This document shows positions 63,649 through 64,000 of a stretch of DNA of 64,000 nucleotides, one piece after another. The notes under the pieces are model-generated. The model was not told the origin of the DNA and did not search any database. It saw only the letters and a list, made by a program, of their open reading frames with translations. Source of the DNA: Eledone cirrhosa (taxonomy: Eukaryota). A program made the position numbers and the translations under genes. How positions within the stretch are numbered: position 1 is the first letter of the stretch; each line of letters opens with the position of its first letter. The stretch lies in the NCBI GenBank assembly GCA_964016885.1, contig OZ024755.1, positions 23,560,001 through 23,624,000 on the forward strand, given 5' to 3'.

Positions 63649-64000
63649 TGAAAGCTATACCCATTTTCACAAGAGAAGACATCTCTCACCCCCCCCCCCC
63701 CCCAACAAAGTGGGTGGGAGATCTACCCTGTCAGACTGGGAGAGTTGACAGGTCTGTGACAGTAGTATAGTAGCAAGCATAATTAAGGAAATAAAGGTAC
63801 AAGAAGCAGCCGGTTCATCAGAGATAGTTGCTGAGATGATTAAATTATTTGGTAGAGTAGGACATAGGTTATTCCCTTATATAGGTAATCAGGTACTTTA
63901 GGAATGTGTCGTAACCAATGACTGGTTTAACAACATTCCTGCCAACTGCTAGAGGTGCAAAGTTGATGTGCTAGAGAGAGACGCAATTACAGAGGCATAT

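Overview
AT-rich, repeat-dominated eukaryotic DNA, most likely an octopod cephalopod (inferred from the SINE families and microsatellites, not proven). There is one 200-N gap at 10816-11015. The only convincing host coding sequence is a large Ser/Thr-rich first coding exon on the minus strand (46910 to ~46043). It sits head-to-head, across a CpG-rich promoter, with a candidate 35-nt first exon on the plus strand (47257-47291). The rest looks intronic or intergenic and holds three SINE-like families, CR1/RTE/CRE/Penelope relics, piggyBac/hAT/Tc1-mariner/maT/Helitron elements, minisatellites and fold-back palindromes. It also holds a truncated canonical histone H3 pseudogene and a 5S rRNA copy fused to a CR1 3' tail (SINE3-like), later split by a second CR1 insertion. 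I found no evidence of a multi-gene novel system; the notable signals concern retroposon chimerism, repeat birth and templated rearrangement.
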